A stretch of DNA of 64,000 nucleotides from Paramoeba atlantica. Its lineage: Eukaryota > Protista > Discosea. The notes under the pieces are model-generated. The model was not told where the DNA came from and did not search any database. It worked only from the letters and a program-made list of their open reading frames with translations. The DNA is taken from positions 248,001-312,000 of the forward strand of contig CDRNVI010000156.1 in NCBI GenBank assembly GCA_977017575.1. The letters are read 5' to 3'. Positions within the stretch are counted from its first letter, which is position 1. Each line of letters opens with the position of its first letter. Position numbers and translations under genes: made by a program. Shown here piece by piece: positions 12,112 through 25,660 of this stretch.

Positions 12112-13344
12112 ATGAGGCTTGTTGTTCTTTTCTTTTCAATCTTGGCTCTCTCTGGTTCTCATTGCTCCAAATCCGCGAGTAGTAACGATGAGAACCAAAA
12201 GTCATCTTCGTTAAACGCCACCACACAACAAGGAATTCCCAAATCGATGCCTCGAAACAGGTTTTTGTGTTGCCGCTACTCGTTCCTTAGTGATCCGTCC
12301 ATCACACAATGCTTATCTCTCGTCGGAGATTGCTTAAATCTTCAGAAGTGGCAACTTCTTTCAGCGACTCTAGAATCTGGTGATGAGTGTGATTTACTTT
12401 GTTATTCCCCAACACCATCACCTACCCCAGTTCCGAGCCCCACCCCAACTCCAACCCCATCACCAACTCCAACTCCAACTCCAACCCCAACCCCAACCCC
12501 AACACCAACTCCAATACCAACACCTACCCCAACTCCAACTCCAACTCCAACACCCACCCCAACTCCAACGCCAACGCCAACGCCAACACCAACTCCAACA
12601 CCAACACCAACGCCAACACCAATGCCAACTCCAACTCCAACACCAACACCAACACCAGAACCATCTCCATCTCCAACTCCTACACCAACACCAACACCAG
12701 CACCATCTCCATCTCCAACTCCTACACCAACTCCCACACCAACACCAACACCAACACCAACACCATCTCCTTCACCATCTCCAACTCCAACTCCAACTCC
12801 AACTCCAACACCTTTTCCCACACCCACACCCACACCAACCCCAACCCCAACCCCAACTCCTACCCCAACTCCTACTCCAACTCCAACTCCAACTTCATCT
12901 CCCTCACCAACTCCTACCCCAACACCAACTCCAACTCCAACGCCAACACCAACACCAACACCAACTCCAACACCAACTCCAACCCCAACCCCAACTCCAA
13001 CTCCAACTCCAACTCCTACTCCAACACCCACCCCAACACCAACACCAACACCAACTCCAACACCAACACCTACACCAACGCCAACACCTACACCAACACC
13101 AACTCCAACACCGACACCGACCCCGACACCAACAGTTCCAGCTCCAACACCAACACCAACACCTCCCACCCCCTCTCCAACCCCAACCCCAACCCCATTT
13201 GCATTGCAATGTTGTATCTATCTGCAAAGAGGAAGTGACGAGAAAATGTGTATCCCACAGAAGAACTGTTATCCCTTAGAAGACTATGATTTGATTCTCA
13301 CATTTGAGACCAATTATGAATATTGCCTGAGTGGATGTCAATGA
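12112..13344 (+). CDS. Secreted protein: signal peptide + six-Cys module + ~260-aa PT stalk + six-Cys module; no protease domain
   Basis: Single 410-aa ORF: [19 protein letters not shown]...[15 protein letters not shown]...(PT)n...[14 protein letters not shown]...CLSGCQ*. Confidence 0.9.
   Translation: MRLVVLFFSILALSGSHCSKSASSNDENQKSSSLNATTQQGIPKSMPRNRFLCCRYSFLSDPSITQCLSLVGDCLNLQKWQLLSATLESGDECDLLCYSPTPSPTPVPSPTPTPTPSPTPTPTPTPTPTPTPTPIPTPTPTPTPTPTPTPTPTPTPTPTPTPTPTPTPTPMPTPTPTPTPTPEPSPSPTPTPTPTPAPSPSPTPTPTPTPTPTPTPTPSPSPSPTPTPTPTPTPFPTPTPTPTPTPTPTPTPTPTPTPTPTSSPSPTPTPTPTPTPTPTPTPTPTPTPTPTPTPTPTPTPTPTPTPTPTPTPTPTPTPTPTPTPTPTPTPTPTPTPTPTPTVPAPTPTPTPPTPSPTPTPTPFALQCCIYLQRGSDEKMCIPQKNCYPLEDYDLILTFETNYEYCLSGCQ
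12410..13200 (+). repeat. Coding (Pro-Thr)n hexamer tract
   Basis: CCAACT/CCAACA/CCAACC/CCAACG repeats in frame with ORF 12112-13344. Confidence 0.9.
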
Positions 13345-13595
13345 GAATCAATGAACTTGTGCATTTTTTCCGACCAAAAATTGATCGGAGAAATTCCATT
13401 TTTAACAAATTAAAAGAAAAGAAAACAGAACTTGCATTTTGGAACCAAAAATCAATGAATGAATTTCAAAAAACTCTGTGCTGGTGGTTTTTTTGATGAA
13501 TTCTTTTGAGCACAAAAAAAATCAAAATCGATAATTTCGCACTTTCAAAAAGAAAACCGGTTCTTCTTTTTGGTTCGGGCCTTTGGAAGGAGAGG

Positions 13596-16500
13596 ATGAA
13601 GGGAAATTTTTTTTTTCTCCTTCTCGTTTTTCTTCTTGGGGGAACTGCTCAACTTCATAATCAACAAATCCTCAGAGCAGACTCAAGTGATCCAAACTAT
13701 CCAAATGCTTGGAACATCCATGAAACTGCAAAAGCTCCTTTAGGTACGTCAAAGCCCAAACAAACAAAACACTCTGATTGAACAACTTTTTTTTGATGAC
13801 TCAAGATAGGTCATATGAATGTCGAAGAAGCTTGGAATCTCGGATATACAGGGGAAGGTTTTTTTCTGTTCCCCATTTTTCTGTCATTTTTCCTTCTCTC
13901 TCATTTTTGTTCTCATGAAAAGGGGTAACGATTGGGTTTGGTTTGACCGCCCCTTTACCTGATCATTTGGATCTCAGTGGGAAGTTGAGCCCCCAGGTTA
14001 GCAAGAGAACCCCTTTTCCATTCTATTCCTTTGTTTTTGATAGATTAAAAAAAATTCACTTCTTCCTCTAGTCCCTCGGAACCACAATTAAAGATCAAGC
14101 AAACCTTTCAACTTCAGTTGTTTCAGTCGCTGTAGGGAAAGCGTTTAATGGCGTTTGTAGTCGTGGTGTTGCTTATGGAGCAAATTATTCAATGGTTGGA
14201 TTGGGACAGAAGGTTGTCTCTCTTCACCTCAAAATGATGAGAATCTAATTATTAACCTCCTCTTTTGGCAGTCAGTAGCTCGCTTCAAGTTTTTGGAAAG
14301 TGATGTTCCAGTCTCCATGTATGTCAGAGATTTTACTGGGAGTGACAAACCTTCTCGCCATAACCATTGTATCTTTCAAAGAAAAAGAAATCAATTTGTT
14401 GAACTTTTCTGTTTAACTCCTTCATGTAGGTCCAGAGTGTTGGGAAAGGGTTCAAAAAGCCATCTCCGAAAACAAAATTATCATTGGATATAATGGTTCC
14501 TCTTTCTTCTTCTCAATTAAAATGGTTTTTGTTTTTTAAAACTTGGAACTCCTCTCTTAGGAAATGGGGGTATGCAAGACAATTGTAATTATGATATGTA
14601 TTCAAATCCACCTTTTGTCATCAATATCGGATCTCACAAAGCTAATGGACTCCCTGTTTCATATTCTGAAGTTTGCTCGAGTATTGTATGCTTTCCTCAC
14701 ATTTTTCCTTTGAATTTTTATTTTTTGAGAAATGAAAATTTTTTTTAGCTTGTTTCTTCTCCTGGAGGAGATAGAACTACTCCAATCCCAGCGTCCTATG
14801 CCAGCAATGAAGAGTGTTCGAATCGACTTGGGGGGACTTATGCAGTAGCAAGTGCAGGTCTGTTTTCTTCCTGAATTTTATTCAACTGTTCTCTCAAATT
14901 CAATAATTTTCGTGAAAAAAGCTGGGGTCGTTGCGCTCATGTTGGAAGCAAGTAATCATCGCCTCTCACCTCGCGACATTGCCCATATTCTTGTGGAGAC
15001 TTCAACATTTTCTCCCCAAGTTAAGGGTCAAGAAAATGGAGCTGGAAAGTTGTATCATGACCAAGTGGGGTTTGGGTATATCAATGCTGGAGAAGCTGTA
15101 CGAAAGTCTGTGAGCTTTCCTGGAATAACAAGCGAAGAGGTCACTATTTCTTTTTTACATTTACATTTACATTTACATTCTTTTCTCAAGTGCCCTCTTT
15201 TTCTTAGCCATTATTTTATCAATTGGAAGAAAGTCATGAAATCCCAGATCGAGGAATCTTGACTTTGGATGCTACTTTTTTCAACTCGAATTATCAAGTT
15301 GATTGGGTTGGAATCTTTGATTTGGAAACATTTCATCAAGATGTTGACTAAGATTTCTTCTTTGAATGTTTAGGTAGCTATTGAAGCAGATATTGTGCAC
15401 CCATATCCCGGTGATTTGGAAATATCTCTGGTTTCTCCTTCTGGAATGAAGAGTGCCTTTACAAGAATGAGACATTATGCGACAAATGAAGTAATCATAA
15501 TTTTATCTCTTTGAGTCTCTTTCTATTGATATTATTTTAACTTTCTTATCTTTTCGGCAATGATAGAAAGAAGCTGAAGTCGCTGAAGGGGTCAATATTT
15601 TCTCATTTAAAGTTGAACCAATCAATAAGGGTTTGGTTTTGATATATTTGGTCCACTTATGCACAAATGAAAACTCTTGTGAATTTTTTTTTTTTGAAAG
15701 TTGCTCGTTCTTGGAAGGGGAGTAAGAAAGTTTACTTTGTTTCTCCTTCTGAAGATGGTGTTTGTTGTGAGAAAAAATTATGCTCTTTGACTTTTACTGG
15801 GTTTTGTTTTTCTTTTCGAATGATCAAACTAAAAGGTATGATATATTCAATGTCATTTTTTTCACAGACAGCGCGATCCTGGGACGGCTTATATTCTTCT
15901 CCTCAAAAAACATGGATTTTGTACGCCAGATATGGAAATTTATATCATCTACGAACGTCTCAAACAATTGCTCCCGCGAGCCGCTTTCATTGGTCTCTTT
16001 TCTTTTCTATCTCCATCTTTTTTTCTCATTGAATACAAATGAATACAATTGCTAGAGGGAAATTTTACTTCTGACGAGCTAGTTGAGAGGAGTAATGTAT
16101 ATCTTATGAATGTGCCTTCAGCTGATTTCAGGTTTTTGGATTTCTATTTTTTTACCCCGATGATGGCAAGCTTTAAAATTTGGATGAAATCAGACGAATT
16201 GATCCAAATGTGAAATTCGGTGAATTGGAAATCCTTAACCGGTTTAAGAAAATCCCAAATCTCTCTTTGGAAAACTGGAAATTTTCTTCAGCAAAGTATT
16301 GGAATGAAAATCCGTCAGGTTTCTTTCTCTAAATTAAGTTTTTTTGTAACATAACCATTTTGATCTTTTATTTCCCAGGGAACTGGCAATTTATTCTAGA
16401 AGATCGAGACAAAGGTGATGTTGGAAGAATTCAGAACTTCAAAATCACACTTTATCTTTTCAGTCTCACTCCAGAAGTAATCCCCTCACCTGCCCCTTCA

Positions 16501-16722
16501 CCAACACCAACACCAACACCAACACCAACACCAACGCCAACACCAACAACTGTCCCACCACCCACTCGAAATAGATCTTTTTGTTGCCGATACTCATTTT
16601 TGGGTGACTCATCCATCACACAATGCTTAACTCTCCAAGATTGCTTCAATATTCAGAATTGGCAGCTCCTTTCAAAAACTGTAGAATATGATGATGAGTG
16701 CTATTTACTTTGTGATTCTTGA
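13596..16722 (+). CDS. Secreted kexin/furin-like pseudoprotease 3 (short tail, 1 six-Cys module); multi-exon
   Basis: MKGNFFFLLLVFLLGGTAQ signal; DPNYPNAWNIH; GHMNVEEAWNLGYTGEG; [16 protein letters not shown]; YSEVCSS; [25 protein letters not shown]; GDLEISLVSPSGMKS; [18 protein letters not shown]; ends CYLLCDS*. Confidence 0.85.
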
Positions 16723-16972
16723 TCTCTCACAATCCACCAACCAATTCCCCCAAAACTCCCAACACTAAAAATGTTTTCCTTTGGACTTAATTTTGACTGG
16801 AAGATCTTCTTCTCTTTCAGACAGAAGATATCCTCTTCTGGCTCAGCAAAAATAAAACGCAAAACCCCAAAAATGGATTTCAACCAAAACGGAACCCAAA
16901 ACTTCGTGCTTGCTTTTTCGTTTTTCGTTTTTCGTTTTTTCGTTCTTCCCGTTCGTGGAAGAGAGAGAGGAG

Positions 16973-19900
16973 ATGAAGGGAAATCTCTTTCTCGGAATCA
17001 CTCTCTTTTTCTTTTTCTTTCTTTTTAAAGGAACAGCTCAACTTCAAGACCCCGAGTATCCAAACGCTTGGAACTTACACGGGACTGAAGAAGCTCCTTC
17101 AGGTATTCTCCAAAATGGCTTCTTCTGTTGATCACACCAACCTTTTCTCCTTATCTTTGAAACTACAGCACATTTGAATGTGGAACCTGTTTGGGAGAGA
17201 GGAATCACTGGATCAGGTATCTAGATTATTAAACCAAACCCAAGAGAAGATGGCTCAAAAAGAAAAGATTAGAATTTGAGTCAAATAAAAGATTTTTGTT
17301 GAGTCAGAGAATAACACAAAAAAAACAGGAATTGTCATTGGAATTGGACACCATTCTCCACATGTTTCTCATTTGGAGTTTCAAAACCGCCAAAGTTCAC
17401 ATCAGGTTTTTTTTCTTTCATTACTGTTAAGAAAAAGGAAACTCAAAATTACAAGATGGAAGGCATCGATGATTCATCTGTATCACAAACAACAACTGCA
17501 TTTCTGTCAGCAGCTTTGGGAAATTCTGGAAACAATGTTTGTTCTCGTGGAACTGCTCCTTCATCTTCATTTTTCGTCATTCAAACAGGATCACAGGTTC
17601 TTTTGTTTGTTTTTTCTCTTTTCTTCAAATTATTCAAAAAAAGACTTTTTCATTGTCAAGACCTGATGACGAAACAGGCAGCAAATGGTCTCAATTTTTT
17701 GAGAGAGAGAAGAGCAGAATACGCGGACGTTATTCTCTTGAACATTGAAGGAACTGATCCTGAGATTAACAACACTTTTTGTTGGCCTTTTCTTTCCTTT
17801 TCCCTATTTCGTTTCAGAAGTGTATTTTTATTGGGTGAAACAGGTGAAACATGTTGGGAGAATGCTGAAATGTGTGTAGCTCGACAAAAAGTATTGGTTT
17901 CTTCTTCAGGTTCCCCCTTTTTTTGCTTTCAAAATCACCAAAAAAAATCTTAATTTTGGAAATCTCGATTAAAAATACAAAAAGGGAGTGGAGGAGAAAG
18001 TTGGAATTGTAATTATGATTTGTACTCCAATTCTCCACACATCATCACAGTTAGTTCTCATACTTTTCAAAATGCCCCTTCTTCTTCTTCTCCAATCTGT
18101 CCTTCAGTGGTAATTTTTTCATTTTTTTTGTTCTTTTCTTTTGATTCTCTCTTCTCTCTTTTATCAATTTCTCATTTTTTTTTTGAAAAAATTCTTTTTT
18201 GGGGAAAAAAAGCTTGTTTCAGGGCCAGGTGGTGATGATGAGAAAGGAATTCCTGTTGCATTTGGAGAGTATGATGAATGTTTAATGCGAGGTGGACCTC
18301 AATTTGCTTCAGCTCTAATTGGTTTCTCTTTTTCATTTATTTTTTTCTCTTCCTTTTAATTTTAAAAAAAAATGAAAATAAACAGCTGGAGTGATTGGAT
18401 TGATGATGGAAGCAAGCCCAAGAAAATTAACACACAGAGAAATTGCTCACATTTTAGTTGAGAGTTCAACAATTATTGAAGAAGAGAAAACTGAAATGAA
18501 TGGAGCGGGGTTTCGTCATCACCCCATTGTTCATTTTTTAATTTTTTTTCTTTTTTTTTTTTTTCAATCCTGAGTTTTTTTACTTTTCAAGTTGGGATTT
18601 GGGAGAGTAGATGCTGACAAAGCAGTGAAATTTGCAGCTGGTTCTCGAAGTTGGTCCCATATTTTTAATGGAGAGGTAAACGTTTCTTCTCAATTCCCCT
18701 TTTAGATCAGCTACTAAATTCCAAGAAACAACTTTGTTCTGTGTCCTCATAAATTGAGGATAGATTATCAAAGAATCATCAAATCCAAGACATCATATTC
18801 TCAGCTCTGGTCGAAATATTTCGGTTTCAATATTAATTGAGAATGTGCCAACTTCAAGTCGAATTGATTATGTGATTGTGGAAACACAAATCGAACATCA
18901 AAAAGCTGGAGATCTCAGATTAACTTTGATTTCACCTTCTGGGACAAGGAGTGAATTGGCTTCTCCTCGTGTTATTGAACAACCAGATTCTCCATTAAAG
19001 TTTGGTTTCATGGAATTTGGAGAAGGACTCCCATATCAATTTGGATTGAGACTTCAGAATAATGGTTCTTTTTTCTATCTCAAAAACTTTTTTGTTGCGA
19101 CACTGATATCTGAATATTTGGAGCAGCGGAGACTTATTCAGTTGATCAAGAACCGCTCTCTTCATCTTTTTATCTTCCTTCTCATGAGGTACCATTTTCT
19201 CTCTTTTTTTCATACTCAGCACTTCATTTTTGAAACAAATAGGGAGGCTGTTGTGTGAAATCAACTTGTTCTTTGAATCTCTTTTCGTCCAGGTTTTCTT
19301 TTTTATAAGAAGATGGGAAATAGTTTTTAATCAAAAAAAACAGTTCTCAAAGTGAGATTTCAATCTTGTTGTTGCCGGAAGTGAGCAATTGTACTTCAAT
19401 TCTTCAAATCACAAATATTATTGCAGGGGCGATTGTACCTGATCTCTTTTTTGTTGGTCAGTAATTTTGTTATTTCAGGGTCCATTTCAGATCCTCAAAA
19501 TCACCCTTTCATTTTTGTTAGAAAATGTTCAATTTTCCGCGGATGAGATCAATGAAGTAACGGCAACAACCCCAATCTTTAGGATTTCATCTTACACCTA
19601 TTTATCTCTCACCCAAAAGATATCACTTTCGCCTGAAAACACATTTACATTGAAGAAATATTATGTGAAACCAGATGTAAGTTATGAAAATTGGAAGTTT
19701 TCATCAGTGAAGCATTGGGGAGAAACAGTTGCAGGTTTCTCTTTCCCATTCTAATTCTTTTCTTTTATTTTGGACTTTTTGACTCTTTATTAGGGGAATG
19801 GACAATGGTAATTTCGGATGAGATTCGCGGTGATGGAGGGGCTGTCAATTCTCTTTCACTCTCTTTTTCCACATACAATTATTTCACACCGACACCAACA

Positions 19901-20254
19901 CCCACACCAACACAGACACCAACACCAACGCCCACACCAATCCAAGCACCAACACCAACACCTACACCAATCCAAACACCAACACCAACACCCACACCAA
20001 TCCAAACACCAATCCAAACACCAACACCAATACCCACACCAATCCAAACTCCAGCACCCACACCCACACCTACACCAGTGCCAACACCAGTTTCCATGGG
20101 AAAAATAACTTACTGCTGTGTGTATTTGGACTTGTTAACCCGAACCAAACGATGTTTGCCACGAGATGATGAATGTCTCTCATACAAGGATATGGAGTTA
20201 GTGTTGTTCTTTCCTTCAAAAAGGGAGGAATGTCAATATGGGTGTCCAAAATAA
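16973..20254 (+). CDS. Secreted kexin/furin-like pseudoprotease 4 (type-B unit, PT stalk, 1 six-Cys module); multi-exon
   Basis: [13 protein letters not shown]...[17 protein letters not shown]; [17 protein letters not shown]; [16 protein letters not shown]; [25 protein letters not shown]; [21 protein letters not shown]; [14 protein letters not shown]; ends CQYGCPK*. Confidence 0.85.
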
Positions 20255-23200
20255 CTCAATAAAGGTTGAAATACATTTCGAATGTTTTCATTCATTTTGA
20301 AGTCGCGCTCCTTTTCGAAAAGGTCGAAAAAGAAAGAAAGACTTTTCGGACCTCGAAAAAGTATTTTGAGTTTTTTTTCGTGTCTTGAAAATTCTTTTTG
20401 TTTTCTGGGAAGCAAAAGAAGAAAAAGGGAGAGATGAGAGGAAATCTTTTCTCTCTTGATATCATTTTCTTTCTCTTTCTTTTTCTTCTTGGAGGGAAAG
20501 CCCAATTTGAAGTTCGTGACCTCCAAAGAACAGGGGGTGACCCGCTCTACGAGACCGCATGGAACCTCCACTCAACACCTTTGTATCAGAATGGTTCTTC
20601 CTTTCCTTTCTCTTTCTCTTTTCTTTTTTGATAGTTCTTTGAAAGGACATATGAACGTTGAGAGTGCGTGGTTTCTTGGTGCGACTGGAGATGGTTTCTT
20701 TTTTGATTCTTTTCTCTCTTTAAAACCAAATTTTTCTGATCTTTTCTTTTCTTTTCTTTTCTCTTTCTCTTCTTTTTTCGTTGCTAGGAGTGACCCTTGG
20801 GTTTGCTTTTCAAGGTCCCAAAGATCACCAAGACCTCCGCTCAAGCTTAAACCAGGTCCTTATCTTTAGAAAACCCATTGTATAAAAATTTTCATTTCTT
20901 TTAAAAACAAAACTCTGGGCAGGAAGGATCAGCAAACATTGGATATGAAATGAAATCAAGCCAAAAAACTTCTGTTATTGCCGCTGCTGTTGGGGAAGGT
21001 TATAATCAAGTTTGTAATCGAGGAGTTGCATATAATGCTCAATATGCTGTCACTCAGACCGGAGCTGAGGTTTGTTTGAAGGGAGAGAAAGAGAGGAGAG
21101 GAGGAAACAACAGAGAGAACATCACCGTTGGGAACACCACAGATTTTATTGACTTTTGTTTTTTTCCTTTGACAAGGCCTTGACTGATTACTCTTTTCTG
21201 GAGAATGGAAAGTTTGCTGATATTTTTGTGATTGATTTTACTGGGCCAAATGGGCCAAATGTTCATTTTCCATGTTTGTTTTTTTGTTTATCGATTTTTT
21301 CTGGAGACATTAAAGGATGAAATTTTAGGTGAAAAATGTTGGAAAAGAGTTGAAAATCTTTTCAATCAAAACAGAGTTGTTGTTGGATTTTCAGGTTTCT
21401 GTCTTTTTTTTTTGAGTTTTTGTGAACAAAAATTGATTCAAAAAAAATTACAAAAAAAAGGAAATGGAAATGAAGAAGATAATTGCAACTATGACATGTA
21501 TTCCAATGCACCACTCAGAATTACAGTTGGCGCTCATGAACCTGGAGGTGAACCAAGTTTATTTACTGAAACATGTGCCAGTGTGGTATTTTTTAATTTT
21601 TCTTTTCTTTTTCAATATTATTATTTTCTTTGTTTGAAAAAAGAGCCTATTTTTTTATTGTGATTGTTTGATAATTGTTAGCTTTGAATTGTTTGATAAT
21701 TTTTGTTGGTTAGCTTGTTTCAGTTCCTGTTGGATCAAATGTTGGAATCAATGTTGCGTATGGGAGTGGTGTATCTTGTTCTGAGAGAACTGGTGGGCAA
21801 TATGCAGCTTCGCAAGCAGGTTCTTTTTTCTAATCTTCTCTTTTTCATATTCCATTTAATTTTTGGTTCTTAGCTGGAGTAATTGCATTAATGCTTGAGG
21901 CAAATTCAACATTGACTCCGAGAGAGATTGCACATATTTTAGTTGACACAGCTGATTTTTTAATTCCAAAATTTGGGCAGATTCAAAACGGAGCAGGATA
22001 TTATTTTGATGAGAGGGTTTTTTATTTATTTAATGAATTTTTCTTCTATTTTTCCTTCCCTCTTTTTTTTATACTTTGTCCTCAAAGAAAAAATAGATTG
22101 GATTTGGAAATATTAATGCTGGAAAAGCTGTTCAAATGGCTGCTGGTCTTCTTCCCCGAAAACTTATTCAAAACACGAGAGTTTGAACTTTCTGTATTTT
22201 CTTCTGATGTAAATCTCTAACCACCTCAACTAGCCACACACGAGGAAGATCAACAAACAAGCCAATATAAATGATCATGAAACTATTGAAATTCAGATCC
22301 CGATGCAAGCAGATTCTGTGACCAGAGTTGATTGGGTGAATCTTTAACTTCAATTTTCCTTTCTCCAAAGAAACTGTTTTTTGAATGAATTGTGCGTAGG
22401 TTGCCCTCAAAGTGGATATCACCCATTCATCACCAGGAGATTTGCGAATCACTTTGACATCTCCATCTGGAACAACAACCACTTTTGTCTTTCCAAGAAT
22501 TAATGAAGGAGAAGAAAAACCTCATTTGGCAAGCCTTGAACCATTTGGATTTTCTACAACAAAGAATTGGATGGAAGGAGCTCAAGGTATTCATTTTTTT
22601 TTGATTTTTATGTCTTTGGTTTGATTAACCTGGCGCTAGGTGGATGGGTGGTTAGAATTTCAGACGAAGCCTCAAGGGATCAAGGAGTTCTGAAGAGCCT
22701 CGAAATTACGCTCCACACTTTTACAACTCCCGATTATCCCTATGAAGTGTTTCCCATTCCATCTCCAACTCCAACTCCAACCATGACTATCGAACCCACC
22801 CCGATTCCAACATTAACTCCAACACCAATGCCAACTTTAACTCCGACTCCAGTTCCCTATTCTATTGGAGTTGATCCGGAATATCCAAATGCTTGGAATT
22901 TACATAAAACAAAAGAAGCTCACTCAGGTAATCTCCAAAAACTCAATCCTGTTCGGCACCGTTCTAATTTTTTTCTCTGTTTCTCAAGCACATTTGAATG
23001 TGGAACCAGTTTGGGGAAGAGGAGTCAGCGGATCAGGTAGATTTTCAAACAATAAATGATGATAAATGAGTCAGAGAATAACACAAACAACAGGAATTGT
23101 CATTGGAATTGGACATCATTCTCCACATTTTTCTCATTTGGAGTTTCAAAACCGCCAAAGTGTCTATCAAGTTTGCCTTTCTTTCTCCCTTTTCCAGTTT

Positions 23201-25660
23201 TCCTCCATTAAATAGAAGAAAAATAAGATGGGAGACATCGATGATTCATCTGTATCACAAACAACAACTGCATTTCTGTCAGCAGCTTTGGGAAATTCTG
23301 GAAACAATGTTTGTTCTCGTGGAACTGCTCCTTCATCTTCATTTTTAGTCATTCAAACAGGATCACAGGTTCTTTTGTTTTGTTTTTTCTCTTTTCTTAT
23401 TTGTTGCTTTTAATTTTTATCTTTGAATAATTCAGGCAGCAAATGGTCTCAATCTTTTGAGAAATTTTCATGCTCAATTAGCTGACGTTGTACTCTTGAA
23501 CATTGAAGGAACTGATCCTGAGATTAACAACACTTTTTGTTTGCTTTTTCTTTCTTTTTTCTTTTGATTTTTGTTTTGCAAGTGAATCTACATATCACTC
23601 TTATTGGTGAAAATTTTAAAAAAAATGAAACAGGTGAAACATGTTGGGAGAATGCTGAAATGTTTGTAAATCAAAACAAAGTATTGGTTTCTTCTTCAGG
23701 TTCCCCCTTTTTTTTGCTTTCAAAATCACCAAAAAAAAAGTTGGATTTTAATTTTGGAAATCTCAATTAAAAAATTACAAAAAAGGGAGTGGAGGAGAAA
23801 ATTGGAATTGTAATTATGATTTGTACTCCAATTCTCCACACATCATCACAGTTAGTTCTCATACTTTTCAAAATGCCCCTTCTTCTTCTTCTCCAATCTG
23901 TCCTTCAGTGGTAATTTTTTCATTTTCTTTTTTTGTTCTTTTCTTTTGATTCTCTCTTCTCTCTTTTATCAATTTCTCATTTTTTTTTTGAAAAAATTCT
24001 TTTTTGGGGAAAAAAAGCTTGTTTCAGGGCCAGGTGGTGATGATGAGAAAGGAATTCCTGTTGCATTTGGAGAGACAGATGACTGTTCCATTCAAAGTGG
24101 GTCTCGCCTTGCTTCAGCTCAAATTGGTTTCTCTTTTTCATTTATTTTTTTCTCTTCCTTTTAATTAAAAAAAAAATGAAAATAAACAGCTGGAGTGATT
24201 GGATTGATGATGGAAGCAAGCCCAAGAAAATTAACACACAGAGAAATTGCTCACATTTTAGTTGAGAGTTCAACAATCATTGACGCCGGGCAAACCAAGT
24301 GGAATGGAGCGGGATTTCGCCATCACCCCATTGTTCATTTTTTAATTTTTTTCTTTTTTTTTCTATCCTGATTTTGTCTTTCTTTTTAGTTGGGATTTGG
24401 AAGAGTAGATGCTGACAAAGCAGTGAAATTTGCAGCTGGTTCTCGAAGTTGGACTCATATTGTGGAGGAACTAGTTTGCTTTTCTTTTCAGTTTTTTTTG
24501 CTGTCTGTTCTGTCTCTTAAGCAATTGAATCTAGGTGATCAAAGCATCATCAAATCCAATTCAACATATTCCAAGCTTTGGAAATATTTCGGTTTCAATG
24601 TCTCCCGTGAATGTACCAAGTACAAGTCTAATTGATTATGTGACTGTGGAAACACAAATCGAACATCGAACTGCTGGAGATCTCAGATTAACTTTAATTT
24701 CACCCTCTGGAACAAAGAGTGAATTGGCTTCTCCTCATGTTATTGAACAACCAAATTCTCTGGTAAAGTTAGGTTTCATGGAATTTGAAAAAGGGAGAGC
24801 TTTTCAGTTTGGATTGAGACTTCAGAATAATGGTTCCTTTTTCTATTGTGGAAAATGAGATTAAATTATTGTCAAACTGATCTGTGATTGTAGGAGCAGA
24901 GCGTTATCCAGTGAATCAAGAACCACTTTCCCCATCTTTTTATGTTCCCCCTGAGGTTGTTCTTTTTTCTTCATTATTTTGGAACTAAACTCATATTTTT
25001 TCGGAAATAGGGAGCTTGTTGTTTGAAATCAACTTGTACTCTGAACCTCTTTTCATTCAGGTTTTATTTCCTCTTTCTTTTTTGAAAAAGGACAGCTTTT
25101 TAATTTAAAAAAAAACCAGTTCTCAAAGTGAGATTGCAATCTTGTTGTTGCCAGAAGTGGGTGATTGTACTTCAATTGTTCAAATCACAAATATTGTTGA
25201 AGGAGCAATTGTTCCTGATATAATTTTCGTTGGTAAGTTGTTCAACAATTCTTGGTTATTTCACGTCCACTTGACATCCACTCACAAATACGTTTTAATA
25301 GAAAATGTTTTGTATTCGCAACAGATGTACAATGAAGTAACCGCAACAATCCCAATCTTTCGAATCTCGTCACGCTTGTATTCATCGCTCACCCAAAAGA
25401 TATCAAATTCACCTGTGAACACATTTACATTAAAGAATAATTATGTGAAACCAGATGTAAGTTATGAAAATTGGAAGTTTTCAACAGTGAAATATTGGGG
25501 AGAAACAGTTGCAGGTTTCTCTTTCCCATTCTAATTGTTTTCTTTTGTTTTTCGACTTTTTGACTCTTTGTTAGGGGAATGGAAAATGGAAATTTCGGAT
25601 GAAGTTTGGGGTGATGGAGGGGCTGTCAATTCTCTTTCACTCTCTTATCACACATACAGT
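16990..25660 (+). repeat. Direct segmental duplication: ~17.0-19.9 kb vs ~22.9-25.7 kb (type-B unit, introns included)
   Basis: Near-identical exon and intron sequence at an offset of ~5.8 kb, e.g. 18040-18260 vs 23840-24065. Confidence 0.85.

Noticed and set aside
8290-13200. (GGGGTT/GGAGTT/GGTGTT)n tracts resembling ciliate telomeric repeats or G-quadruplex arrays
   Set aside because: They vary at codon wobble positions and are in frame with Pro-Thr coding, so they are coding repeats and not interstitial telomeres.
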